From: Fonticula alba ATCC 38817
Taxonomy: Eukaryota > Protista > Nucleariida
DNA: 34,861 nucleotides
Strand: one strand, 5' to 3'
Assembly: GCA_000388065.2 (NCBI GenBank)
Contig: KB932201.1
In this document: positions 1 through 11,970 of the stretch, one piece after another
How the letters are laid out: every line of letters starts with the position of its first letter
Numbering within the stretch: position 1 is the stretch's first letter
The notes under the pieces: model-generated
What the model was told of the DNA's origin: nothing
Databases searched by the model: none
Seen by the model: only the letters and a program-made list of their open reading frames with translations
Position numbers and translations under genes: made by a program

Positions 1-166
1 CGGCGATCACGCCCTGTCTCCTCCCCCTCCCCTGATGTGACCCTCTACGATGTCGTTTTTTTCCTGCTGTCATTTATTCCTGACCTTCCCCACCCCCCTC
101 TCTCCCTCCTGTCGCTTTCCCCCCCCCCCCTCCAGCGGAACCCCCCCTTTTTTCTGACCAAGAAAA

Positions 167-1110
167 ATGAGGCTTGAAAAGTGCTTTTTCTGCTCGTCGA
201 CCATCTACCCCGGGCACGGGACGATGTTCGTGCGCAACGACTCCAAGGTACGCGCATCTCCCCTCTCGGGGGTTCTCCCTTTGTGCTTGCCCACCCGCGC
301 ATGCTCGCTCACCCCTTGCCCGTCGTCTCCTCCTCTCTTTCTCCCCCGCCCCTTGTCCCCTGCCTCGCACAGGTGTTCCGTTTCTGCCGCTCGAAGTGCC
401 ACCGCAACTTCAAGATGAAGCGCAACCCCCGTAAGGTTCGCTGGACCAAGGCCTTCCGTAAGGCCGCTGGCAAGGAGCTCGCCATGGTACGTCCACCTTG
501 GGGCTATGCTGTCTCCCCGTCCTCCGTCCTCCGCCCTCCGCCCTCCGCCCTCCGCCCTCCCCTTCGACTGGCCTTGTGCCTGCTCTCCTCCTAACACCTG
601 CTCTCCTTCCTTGTCCCCCCTCCTCCTCTCAGGACACCACCTTCGAGTTCGAGAAGCGCCGCAACGTCCCGGTCCGCTACGATCGCGACCTCATGCAGAC
701 CACTCTGCTGGCCATGAAGCGCATCCGCGAGATCCGCGAGCGCCGCGAGACCCAGTTCTACAAGAACCGGTGCGCAATTTCCTCCCGTCCCCTTCCACTC
801 TCGCCCCCCCCCCTCTCTCTCTCTCTCTCTCTCCCCCCCCCTGTTTCCGCTGTTCCCACCTTTCGCCTACTGACAGCGGCAATGGGCCACCTTCACCCCT
901 TGCTTTCCCCTCCGACTTCGCCCCCTCCACCACTTCAGCATGAAGGCCGCCAAGGAGAAGCAGATCAAGGAGATCGAGACCGAGATCGAGCGCAACATCA
1001 GCCTGGTCAGCCTGCCGGCCGCCCGGAAGATTGCCCGCGAGCAGGCCGAGAAGCTTGCCCCTGTCAAGGCCATCAAGGAGGACCAGGACGCCAAGATCGC
1101 CGACGAGTAA
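167..1110 (+). CDS. RLP24: Ribosome biogenesis protein Rlp24 (RSL24D1), 4 exons
   Basis: Exons 167-247, 373-486, 633-769 and 939-1110 join across GT-AG introns in phase. Product: [27 protein letters not shown]|[38 protein letters not shown]|[18 protein letters not shown]...[24 protein letters not shown] and FEFE..RNVPV.Y.R are characteristic of Rlp24 rather than eL24. Confidence 0.95.
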
Positions 1111-2146
1111 TTCTTCTATACTCGCCCTTTTCTTTCACCCCTCCCTTCGGTCGGCGCGCCGGCCGTGTGCTCCCTCTCCCACTGTATGCCGGCGCGTGCT
1201 CCTCCCCCTCCCTTTCGCGTGTGGCGGTGGCGGTGGCCCCGGCAATGGCCCTCGTGCATGTGTGCCCTCGCCCGTGCTGCCCTCTCCCCTGTCCCTCCCC
1301 CCCCCCCCACTCAATCCCGCCGCGCAGTCCGGCAGTTCTCCGGCACACTCCGTTTGTCCTGTGCGCCGTTCGGTTCTCGTCATCTCCATTGGTTCCCCCC
1401 TCTCTCGACCCGCCGACTTCTCTTCCTCCCTCCCCCCCTCCAAATATCCCCCTCCCATGACGGCCGTATGCGCCGCGCGCGCGCGCGTGCGTCCACGCGT
1501 CGTGTGTACCGCGGCGGTGCGCGCGCACCCATGAGAGGACGAGGGGAATCGCTCAGCACCTGGGACGGAAAGCGGGGAACGGATGTGTGGGGCAGCGGCC
1601 CGGACAGGCTGAATCTCTAGAACCTTTGTACTTGTACCCGATTCCCTCCTCCTTCTCCCCCCCCCCTCTCTATATCTCCCCTCCCCCCTGCGTATGCTCT
1701 CTCCGTCTCTCCGTTGTGGGGGGATGTGCGTGGCGTGCCCTTTCTCCCTGTTATATTAGCCCAAAATACAATGCCCTTCAAATGTGCGAGAGAATGCGCC
1801 CCCCATCGGGAGACGCTGTGCTGCTTTTGCGCCCTCCTGGCAGGGGGGGAGCAGCGTGTGGGCACGCGGTCTGCTCCTGCCTTGGTGTCCTGCTTTTGCG
1901 CCCTACTGCCTGCCGCCATGGCGTGTGTCTCTGGCGGCCCTGGGGGAAAGCATCACGGCGGGAGGACCAGCGCCGCTCCGAAAAAGGGCTCCATGTTTTG
2001 CGCATGTGTGGGAGGGTAGTTGTATTTGGGTTTTTACTTTTTTCTTCACTTGGCACGCCTGGCGCATGCGCCTGTGCTGTGCATGGTACACGGGCCGCCA
2101 TTATTTGCCCGGCAGCAAGAGGGGCAATCCAGGCGAGGGCCCAGCC

Positions 2147-2791
2147 TCAATACTTGTACTTGGTGGAGTAGTCCTTCGGCGAGACAACCAGACCGTGCCC
2201 CTTGCGGGCGCCACGATATACCACCTCAATGAGGTCGATCATTTCCTGTTTGTCCTCGATGGCCCAATTGACCTTGTTGTTGTTACCAGTGCCGAGATCC
2301 ACCATCATGTGCTTGTTGCGGAAGAAAAACATCACCGCACATGGGTCATACAACTCATACATCTTGTTGAAATCCGGCACCTGGTCAATGTCCACGCGGT
2401 AGATGACGGCAAAGTTCTTGACTTTCTCTGGATGGTGCGGAGGCCGAGGCGCAGAGAGGGGCGAAGCCGCGAGTTAGAGGCCCGTCGGAATTGTGTGTAT
2501 GCAGAAGGGAGAGGAGGGTAGGAGGGCGGGAGGACGAGAGAGAGAGAGAGAGAAGGAGAGGGAAAGCGAAGAAACAAACAACAAATGCTCCGCCTCCCGG
2601 GGATTCCTGTGTTGGTCCAGCAGCGGCACAGAGAGGTACGCACCGGCGATTTTGAACAGAGTTTCATCCATCTTGATGCACACCGGGTCGCCGTCACGAC
2701 CAAAACGGACGACCACAACGCGGTCCTCCTCAAGGTAGATTGACCGGTCCACGTCCCAGGCGGTGGTCAATTGGGGCAGCATAAACGACAT
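2147..2791 (-). CDS. DIM1: U5 snRNP thioredoxin-like protein Dim1/Dib1 (TXNL4A), 2 exons
   Basis: Exons 2791-2644 and 2427-2147, phase-1 intron GTGCGT...CAG. Product: MSFMLPQLTTAWDVDRSIYLEEDRVVVVRFGRD...KMDETLFKIAEKVKNFAVIYRVDIDQVPDFNKMYELYDP...FFFRNKHMMVDLGTGNNNKVNW...GARKGHGLVVSPKDYSTKYKY*. This is close to the canonical Dim1 sequence. Confidence 0.97.
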
Positions 2792-4512
2792 GGTTGACGA
2801 GGGCTAAAAGTAGGGCGAGAGCACTCCCGTTGCGGGCAGCTGTGGCGGGGAAAAAATGACGGAAGGGCGCGAAGGCGGATGGAGATGGCTGGCCGGGCCG
2901 AAGGGGGGGGGCCCCGGGCACCATGGTGACTGGAAAAGAGGAGGCATTTCCAGATTCTCGTCTTGCCGGCCCCTGCGGCCCTCTTCGCGGGCGCACAGCC
3001 CCCCCCCCCCCTGGCTTCCAGTTCCTTGGGTGCTGGCGGCAAAGAGGCTGGGAGCGCCTCGCCTGGTCACGGTACACCGGCATCAAGTATCACGACCCCT
3101 GCAGACTGCCCGGCCCCGCGCTCCACGATGGGGCTCTCCCAGTGGGTTGGTACTTGGGCATGGGAACAGGGCGCGATGCACCGGGACCCGGTCCCGAGGC
3201 CTCCGGCCCGTGGCCGGTCCGCCGCCCGGCCGTGGCTTCTGCCGGGATGCGGTCGCTGGGGTGGGGGGGGGGGGGGGGGGGGGGGGGAGGGGGGCTGGCT
3301 GCGACATTATGTGTATACCAGAACATATGTGTTAGTGGGCAGGCTCGGGGGCCCCGTGCGAGGGTCCTTGCGCTGGTGCGGGGCGGGGCGGTGCCCGGCG
3401 GGGGACTCTTGCCTTGGCACGTCCACATGCCTCGCGCTGTGTTGCTTGGGTCGCCCGGGTCCCCGGCCGCAGGGCGGGGGGGGGGGGGGGGCGGGGGATT
3501 GGAGCTTGTAGGGCCGCGCATGACGCCGGACGGGGCCACGTCGGGACCGATGGAGCCCGCGTCCCCCGCCCCCCCGCCGCCCCCCGTCTGCCCCATCGTC
3601 CTCGGGCTGAGGAGCCGAGTGTAGGACGCCGATTGCCTTGGCGTTGCCGCCGATGGGGAGCCGCGCGACGTTCTGCACCCTGGGGTGGGCCGTTTGCTGG
3701 GCGAGAGTCGGGGCCGTCCCCTTGCGATGGTGCGCAACTAGAGCGCCTGTTTTTTCTTCACCCTCTCGGACGGCGACGGGCCCCGCTACTAGTCGGCCCC
3801 CCTTCGTGGGCGCCGGCGTCCCTGGCACATGCAGTGCCATGCCACTGTGCATCTTGCCTGGCTGGCGCAGGGAGGCGGTTGTCCATCTTTCCCCCTGCTC
3901 CCCCCCCCCCCGCCCCCTGCTGGGCCGCCGGCGGCACCCGTGCGTGTGTTCCTTGGTGCGTGTAAGTGTGCCGTGGTGCAATCTTTGCTCCACAGATTCC
4001 GCGGAGCGTGCCCCAATCGAGCCGTATTTAAGGAGATCGTGGCCGCGGCCTTCGCCAGCCGCCTGCCGGGCGAGAAGGTCACACTGTGCCGAATAGCCAC
4101 AGAGCTGGTGCTCCTCCCTCCCTCCCCCCCCCTCCGATCTACCTTCTTCTCTCGCCGTCTCGACCGTCCCGGCTGCCACTGTCCCGCTGCGCCACCGGCC
4201 GGCTTCTGTCTCGCCCTTCCCTCGTCCCGAGGCGGCCCATCCTCCTTCCTCCCGTGCTAGCAGTGCGCTTCCTCTTTATCCGGCGGGGAGTTGCCCTCCC
4301 CCCTGTTCCAGCGCATTTCAGTGCCCCCGCCCCCTCTCCCCCGGCCCTGGCTCTCATTCCTCCCATCGCTCACCCCCCAGGGCATACCTCCCCAGCACAG
4401 CCTCGCGCTATGGGATCCTGATCACCAGCGCCCCCCCCCCCCCCCGCTTGCTGTCCTCGCCTGCTTTCTCTTCTCCCGCCCCGCTTGTTGCCGCCTTTTC
4501 CGACCACAGAAA

Positions 4513-6467
4513 ATGTCCTTCTGCCCGCATCTCCTCACTGTGCCGGCCAACCTGGAGATCTCGGTCTCCGATGCGGCGCGGGCCACCGCCCTGAGCTTGC
4601 GAGTTGGCGTGCGTGCTTCTCCTCTCCCCGCACTTGGGCCCGCTCTCCTGCCTTGCACCATGGCGTCCTAATCTCCCGTTGGTCCTCGGCTCCGTCTGCC
4701 TCTTTCCCCGCCTCCTGTCAACAGTCTACCCGTTTTCTATGCCAAAGCAGCAGTCATCCAGCCCGGCTCGGAGGCATGCCCCATGTGTGTCTCTTCTGCC
4801 CCACTCCGGGCTGCATCCATTTTGATGCGCACCAGGCCACCACAGCCGACGCGCTCTGTCCCTGCCTCCGGGATCACAACCAACGCAAGCCCGACCACTT
4901 TCTTTGTGCGACCGGCCGCCCTTGGCCCTTCCCTCGCAAGCNNNNNNNNNNCTATGCTTGCCGGCTGCCAGTCTTGGACATCCGCCGGCGAATTGTCTTC
5001 TGCTTCAAGTGCCAAGACTACCTACACTCGCCACATCAGTATGCCCTATCGGCGGCCATCCAGCAGCCACTGTCTCCGGCGGCGCGGTCAGCCCTGCAAA
5101 TCCTTTGCAAGATCGAGAAGGCCATCTTCATGGCTGACCAGTTGGTCCGGCGCCAGGGGCTGGATCTCTGTGCGTCCATCCCCCGCTCGATCGAGAGGGT
5201 GATCCAGCTTTTGCCAGTAACGCGTGGTTGTTGTTGACACTCGAGCGCGCAGCCTGTCGCGCATCCCCTCCTGCCGGCATGTCGACTGCACTGCCGGCCA
5301 AGCCCCCGGCCTCGGAGTTGCTTCTCCTGTCGCGATATGTCCGGCCATTGGGGCTGCTGCCGGTTTGCTCGACCGGGACCCGGCGCGCGGGTGTGAATCG
5401 CGGCCGATCGACCGCCGGCCCCCCTTCACAGCTTCGAGTGGTGCTGCCACGGCCGTCCGCCGGAAAGGCCGAATCCGGTGGCGGTGGCGGTGGTGGTAGC
5501 GGTGGCGGTGCCACCAGCGGCGGTCGGGTGTTTGTCTCGACCCAGGCCGCCCCGTATGGGGTATACCCCCCGCGGCCGCGTGGGCTGAAGAACCACGGGG
5601 CTACGTGCTATCTGAATTCGGTCCTCCAGGCGGCGGTCATTCACAATCCAGTCATCCGGGAGTTTTTCCTTCAAGATCGACACTCCTGCGGGTTTCGCCG
5701 GGACCGCGCCCCCGGCCGCCCGGCCGACCTGTCCCAACTCACTCGGGTCAAGGGGTTGCCACCGCCCACGGTGGAAGACCAGCGCCAGTGTGCGGCCTGT
5801 GCGTTGGATTGGCTGATCTCACGGGCACATGCGCCGGTTCCCCAGGTGGAGTGTTTTGTGTCGGCGTCCGACATGGCCGCCGGGCGGGGCGGCTTGGGCG
5901 CCGCGGCGGCCGCCATCGGGGGGACGTCCTCCTCCGGCGGCGGCGGCACCAGTGGCGGTGGCGGCCCGAGTGCGGCGCACCCTGGGACCGGGCCCGGCCC
6001 GGCCGGTGAGCGTCTTCTCCCTTCGGGCATCGAGTTAAACACCCTCACTTCGCAGCTTCGGCTGAGTTCGGCCTCTGGCGGCGGGGGCGATGACACCAGT
6101 CGTGTGTTTGCGCTCGACCCGTCCCTGCCGAAGATCGAGTCCCCTCCTGGGGTTTCCATCAAGCGGGAGCAATCTTCGCCGGCTGGTGGTCCGGACTTTC
6201 CGCATCCCCAACGTCCGCGCCCGGCTGAGGGGCTCACCTCGCCGTTGACGCTACCGAGAAACCTGACCGTGTCGCCGGCCTCTTCGGCTTTGTCCACCAA
6301 TTCGCTGGTCTATGTTTTGTGGAAGGCGGCCCCGGCGTTGGCCGGGCACTCGCAGCGCGATGCTCACGAGGCATTCCTGTCTCTCGTGGCCGCGGCGCAC
6401 CGGCACTGCCCGGGATCCTGTATGTAATCTGGTCATCCTCCTCCTGGGGTGGGCCCACACCTGCCTG

Positions 6468-6508
<41 letters not shown>

Positions 6509-7282
6509 ACTGCCAAGCGCTGTTTGTGCCCCGATTGACTTACATCCGGCCCTTGTTTGTGTGTGTGTGTATGTGTGTGTGTGTGTGTGTGTGCGCGCGC
6601 GCGCGGATGTGCATGCGCATGCGCACCTGCACACGCCCGCATTCGTGTCTGTCTCCCCGGCCGACGGTGCCTCTGCGCCGGATCACCGATCACAGCGGTG
6701 TCCTTCCAGCTGACTCCCTCGCAGTGCAATTGCGGCCTCTACCAGTCCTTCAGTGGCATTACCAGCTCCAAGATTACATGTCTTTCATGTGGATCGTCCT
6801 CGACAAGTGCGCATGCCTGCCGTCCTCGCCGGGGTTGCCTGCTCATTCCCGGTTCTAACACCCCTCATCATGTCCATCCTGTTCATCATCACCCAGCTCT
6901 GGAGCCCTTCCTTGACATCAGCGTCGATTTGGCGTCCCCCTCCAGTCCCTCCGGGCATCCCTCCAACGGGGGTTCCCCTCGGTCAGAGCCTTTCCTGTCC
7001 CTGGAGGACTGTCTCAGGGCATACACCGAGCCGGAGGCGCTCGGCCGACCGCGGTGTGGGCACTGTCCAGAACCCTCCACTCGGACGGGCAGCCGCACAG
7101 CCGATGACACCATCCACGGGGGTGGCAGTCTCGGTGCCACCAAGCGCCTCTCCATTCAGACCCTTCCCCAGGTGCTGGCCATCCACCTGAAGGTACACAA
7201 TGTGGATACCCTGTGGGGGCGTGCCTGGTTGTGTGTCCTCTCACCTTCTCATGCTGACCGTCATCCTGGCCCCTTTGCCGGC

Positions 7283-7374
<92 letters not shown>

Positions 7375-8358
7375 TGCACAGCGCTTCTCGCATCCGGCGC
7401 TGCAGCAATTTTCGGCACCCACCAAAGCAGCCAATAAGGTGGCCAACCACTCTGGCAGCGCAAGCTCCTCCCTGGCCCAGGCCGGCGATGGCATGCACTC
7501 TGCCCCCGCTGGGCATTCCCCCTCGTCGGCCTCCTCATCGGCGCCGAGTTCGACTTCCTCATCGGCAGTCACGTCGGCTTCCTCATCGACGGCCTCATTG
7601 CACTCGACGGCCAGCGGATCGCCCGGGACCCACCTGGGGGCCTCGGCCAGTTCCCTTTTCCACGCAGCCAGCATTTCCGGCGGGGGCTCCCCTTCGGATG
7701 CATCGTCGGCCCTGTCGATGCTTGGCCAGTCCATCTCATCGGCCTTCTCGGCGCAGGGAGTCTTTCCACTGCCGAGCTCCGACGGCACCCCCCGCAGGGA
7801 TTGGCCCACGCATGCCAGCCGGCCGTTGGAGGTGTTGCAGGGGATCCCGAAGCAGGAGCTGACGGTCAAGTTCCCCCTGGAGCTCGATACGTCGCCATAC
7901 CTCGACGAGTCGGCCTTTGTCGGTTGCCCGGGCAGCCGGTACGTGGCCTTCTGGCCGTGGGTTTCCTCCTCCCCCTCCCCCCCTGTTGTGTGCTTGCATT
8001 CCCACTGACTCTCTGTTTGCCCTCACTCGGTCGGATGGACATAGGCTGCCGCTTGACCTACGGTCCGAGTCGCTGTATGTTTTGACCGGGGTTGTTGTAC
8101 ATAGCGGGACCTCTGAGAACGGGCATTATGTCTCCTTCTTCCCCTACAGAGGAAAGGTATGCTCCCTCGCGCTGTGCGACGTGTGATCCGTCGGGAAGCC
8201 TTCTTCCGTCGCTGACCTCCCCCCCCCCTCCCCCCATGCCTGCGTGGATGCGCTAGTGGTACAAGGCCAGCGATGTCGATATCGAGCAGGCCTCCATCCA
8301 AGAGGTCCTCGCCGCCAAGGCATACATGCTTTTCTACACCAAAAAGTCCCTCATGTAG
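4513..8358 (+). CDS. Ubiquitin-specific protease, Ubp8/USP22-like (ZnF-UBP + USP domain), multi-exon
   Basis: Starts MSFCPHL (cf. yeast Ubp8 MSICPHI). ZnF-UBP motifs CLFCPTPGC, H..H and FCFKCQDY. Cys box GLKNHGATCYLNSVLQ (Cys codon 5606-5608), then QRDAHEAF, CLSCG, EPFLDISVDL, LEDCLRAYT, LPQVLAIHLK|RF and VKFPLELD. His box YVLTGVVVHSGTSENGHY (His 8124-8126). Last exon WYKASD...AYMLFYTKKSLM* with TAG at 8356-8358. Some 5' exon boundaries are approximate. Confidence 0.88.
6469..6625. repeat. (TG)n microsatellites and a (TG)n(CG)n alternating purine-pyrimidine tract in a USP intron
   Basis: About 19 TG units at 6469-6506, then a second TG run grading into CG repeats at about 6556-6625. Confidence 0.85.
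7316..7374. repeat. 59-nt C homopolymer preceded by (CT)n in a USP intron
   Basis: Counted directly. It ends just before the TGCACAG acceptor. Confidence 0.85.
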
Positions 8359-8669
8359 GGCGTTGGACTCCCCCTCTGCCCCCACCTTCCTCGGCCCCCT
8401 TGGGCTGGAATAAAAGCGTAAGGCATTTTCTTTTCTACACACCCCGCCATGTGCCGTACATCTCATCAGGCGAGGGGAGCGTGTCAGAGGAGAAGGCGGA
8501 TTGTGTCTTTCTGTCCCCGCAATCTCTCACTGTCTTTTTTTCCATACACGGAAGGGCGATATATTCTCAAGGACAAGACGAAGGAGTGGAAGGGGAGGAG
8601 TCATGTGTGTCTGACTTGCTCCCTCAATTCCCATGCAAATGGACTACTGGGCCAGGGGGACTGGGTGCC

Positions 8670-10185
8670 TCAGCAGCCGCAGGCATCCGAGTCCTCGTCG
8701 GCCTGCTCGGTGATGTTGACTACATGCGTGAAAGGGGGGAGTCCGGGGGAGGGGAGACGAAAGTTAATCACTCGCCGGGCGGAGGCCGACAGGCTGGGCG
8801 CAAGGTATGTGGATAGGCGCCACATACCTGTGGTGTTGTTCGCAGCCTGAGCCGGCAGAGGGGCCTGTTCCTGTTCGACATCTGCTGTCTGTGCGCCACC
8901 GGCCGGCTGGCTGACGGCATTGTAGATGGACACAATCAGCTGGTGAAAAGTGAGGTTGATACCAACTCCGGTGCAAGCGCTGGTTTCATGGAAGAGAAGC
9001 CCATGGGCCTTGGCGAAGTCCGACCCACTCTGCGTCGGGACCTGGAGACGTTGGGGAGGGGGGGGGGGAGGGGGGAGATGAAGGGTGAGATGAGGCGTGT
9101 GCAAGTCGGCGGGGCCGTCCCACTCCTGGCACAGGATGGGGCATGCATGCGTCCCAAGATGTACCTTGCGATTGGCCTCAAGATCGATCTTATTCCCGAC
9201 CAGACAAACCACCGTCGCGGGATGGGCATGGGAGCGAAGTAAGGACAGCCACCGGGGAACGCTGTTGAAGGACTCGACCGAGGTGATGTCATAGACGATC
9301 AGGGCTCCACTGAGTGGCAAAAACGTCAGGTGTCTGGGGCTTGTGACTGGGGGAGGGGGGATGGGGGGGGGGGGGGGGGGCAAATGGCAGGAGGAGCGGC
9401 AGAAGGACGCACACGGCGCCGCGGAAGTAGTTACGCGTCAGGGCGGTGAAGCGCTCCTGACCGGCTGGGAGGAGAGCGGGGAGGGGAGAGGGGGGATTGC
9501 GGTCAGACGATGGGAGAGAATGGCAGGCCCGAGGGAGGCGATGCGCGAGCAAAAGCCACACACCTGTGTCCCAGATGTGCACAGTCAGGCGTTTGCCTTC
9601 ATGAAGGATGACCTGCATCGGTGGTGGGGTGGTTAGTATGGTGTTGGATGACCGCGAAGCGGGAGGCCCATCTAACGAGCAGGCGAGGGCACCTTTGTGG
9701 AGAACTCGATGGCCAGTGTGGCCTTGGAGCTTGGGTTAAACTCATCGCGGGAAAACCGGCCGAGGATATTCGACTGCCAGCCGAGGGGACACCGAGGCAA
9801 GGGGCATTGGGTTAGATGTGGCGGCGAGACAGACCGTGCGTCTGAACCGATGGCGCAGTGCATGTGTGTGTGTGTGTGTGTGCGCGCGCGCGCGCATGCA
9901 AGCATCTCCTTCTCCGCTCGCCATTCTCGCTGTCACTTTCTCTCGATCTATAAGTTTGGGTGTGTTTGCATGTACCTTGCCCACATCCGAGTCCCCGCAG
10001 AGAATCACTGGGAGGAAGAATCCCAGCGGAGCAGGGAACGGTTGGTGGCCGGTGGGGGAGACGTTGGGGGAGCAGGGAAGGGATGATGATCGGTGAGGAG
10101 AGGAGCCACAAAAGAGCGGGAGGCATTCACCACAAAACACACCTTTAAACTGGTAGTCATGCGCCACAAAGCCCGAAGACATCAT
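8670..10185 (-). CDS. Rab-family small GTPase, divergent Rab11-like, about 8 coding exons
   Basis: Spliced product MMSSGFVAHDYQFK|VILCGDSDVGK|SNILGRFSRDEFNPSSKATLAIEFSTK|VILHEGKRLTVHIWDT|AGQERFTALTRNYFRGAV|GALIVYDIT...LVGNKIDL...|...FHETSA...|VNITEQADEDSDACGC*. All five G boxes are present and the C-terminus is a CXC prenylation motif. Confidence 0.92.
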
Positions 10186-10216
10186 GATCTCTCAACGAAG
10201 GCTGGCGTGTGCTCGT

Positions 10217-10331
10217 CTGCAAAGGTGATCAGGGCAGGAGGGCAGAATGTCAGTGGCGGGGGGATAGATAGGGGAGATGCAGCAGGCGCAGGGGAATGGC
10301 GCCGGAAGAGCAAGGAGGCGCATATACTTAC
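10217..10331 (-). other. Probable 5'-UTR intron of the Rab gene
   Basis: Donor CTG|GTAAGTAT at 10331, pyrimidine-rich body, acceptor TTTGCAG ending at 10217. An in-frame TGA lies just upstream of the Rab ATG, so this intron is non-coding. Confidence 0.6.
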
Positions 10332-11112
10332 CAGGGGACGATCGTCTGAGAGAATACGCGGATAGAAGGGGATGGGGCGGGGGGGAGGAGGAGAAACGGG
10401 GGAGACAGGGGTGGCGGTGTGGAGGAAGGATTCAACGAGGAGGGAGGGTGGGACAATGAGAGGTGCTGTCTGCCAGGTGGGATTACTGCCGGCGGTCTGG
10501 CGGCCTTTCTTCTGGCGGATCCTCCAGCCAGGGGGGGGGGGGGGTGTCGGCACTGCCTCCCCCCAGCCCCTCCCGTGCGGGGCATTTCGTGGAGCGCCGG
10601 TGCTCGGAACATTCACCCACCGACGAAGAGGCCATCAGTCTCACTGCCAGGGAGCATGAGCTCCGATGGAATCTTCCGCCAAGGCGAGGGGGGAGGGGGA
10701 GCGCATATCGGGGCCGATCACATCGGAACTGCCTGCTGTTCCCCCCTGGGGCCCTGGGGTGCTGGTTTTCCTGTTGTCCGGGGTGCAATGACTCCGGGGG
10801 CGGCGGCGGCGGTGTTCGTACCCAAGGCAATGGGGGTCGAGGGGCGGGCGGGGGCCAGGGGGGGGGGCGGGGGGGCATGCCTGGCCGGGTCGCCGGGCCG
10901 CAGGGGGGAGAAAACAGGCCCAGGGCGCCGGGCGGGGCAGCAGTACTTCCCGTGCATGGATGCGTCGGGGTCCGACGAGACAGACGGCCAGTGTGCCCCC
11001 GGGGGGTCCCTCCTGCAGACCGTTGGACAGGGGGCGGCGGGGCGCGCGCGCGCGCGCGCGCGCGCCCACGCGCGCGGCCGGGGGGGAACGGGCGGGGGGC
11101 GCGGGGGGGGGG

Positions 11113-11154
<42 letters not shown>

Positions 11155-11966
11155 AGACTGCGGATGAAATGGCTCTGCATGTGCCCGAGCCCTGGCGAGC
11201 CCCCCCTACTCGCCGCCCCCTCCCCCCCCCCTTCCTGCGGGGCAGGGTGGGGCTCGGAGCGAACTTGGAGACTCCCAATGGCTGCCGGGGCGCGGCCAAT
11301 TTCCCCCGGACACACAAGACGCCAGGCGTACGTGTCACGGCGCAAGATGGGCGGGAAAACCCCGGCCTTTCGTTGGAGGGCTCGCCGGAGGGAAAGGCAC
11401 ACGGGCACACCGGAACATAGGGCACACGCGCGGTCGAGTCGGGGGTGGGGGGGGGGGGGGGGGGGGGGGGGGGCGAATGGCCCAAACTCGCGCGTTCGCT
11501 CATCAGCCTCTCGTGAGAGACAGGCAGTCTCGACCGAGCGCCGTTACGCCCTGCCCCGGCGGGTTTCTCCCATCCGCCGAAATAGCCCCGAATTGGGAGC
11601 CTGGCCGACCTGGCCCTTCCGGGCTCCGGGCGTTTCTCCGCGTCACCCCTGGGGCTGTCCGAGCGTGCGTGACCCCCCCCCCCCCCCCCCGGCCGGGAAG
11701 GCGGTCCCCGTCCCCGCTGCGGGGTGCCGCCGGGCCTTGGGAGGGGCCGCCGGGACGGACGGGCCCTTGCGCCGGCAGTTCCCCTTGGTGTAGGGCGGAT
11801 CTTTTTTCTCACAAATACAGGGGCGCCCATTCCTCTCGGATGAGGCTCTCTGTGAACTGCTCTGCACATTCCTCCGGATGTGAGATCTTCTTCCTCGGGC
11901 CACTGCTCCCAATTCACCTTCCTTCTTCCGGTCTTTCTTTGCCTCTCTCTGCCTCTCTCCATCTCT

Positions 11967-11970
<4 letters not shown>

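Noticed and set aside
1784-2521. 245-aa + strand ORF overlapping DIM1
   Set aside because: Largely antisense to a highly conserved exon, with no recognisable motif.
4942-4951. N-gap apparently interrupting the ZnF-UBP coding region
   Set aside because: It falls inside a short predicted intron (GTGCGA...CTGCCAG), so the reading frame is unaffected.
10324-10340. ATACTTACCAGG resembles the 5' end of U1 snRNA
   Set aside because: No U1-70K loop or Sm site follows. It is the reverse complement of a strong 5' splice site on the minus strand.
10419-11793. Several 230-410 aa Gly/Pro/Arg-rich ORFs on both strands
   Set aside because: Expected by chance at this GC content. Low-complexity translations with no domain motifs.
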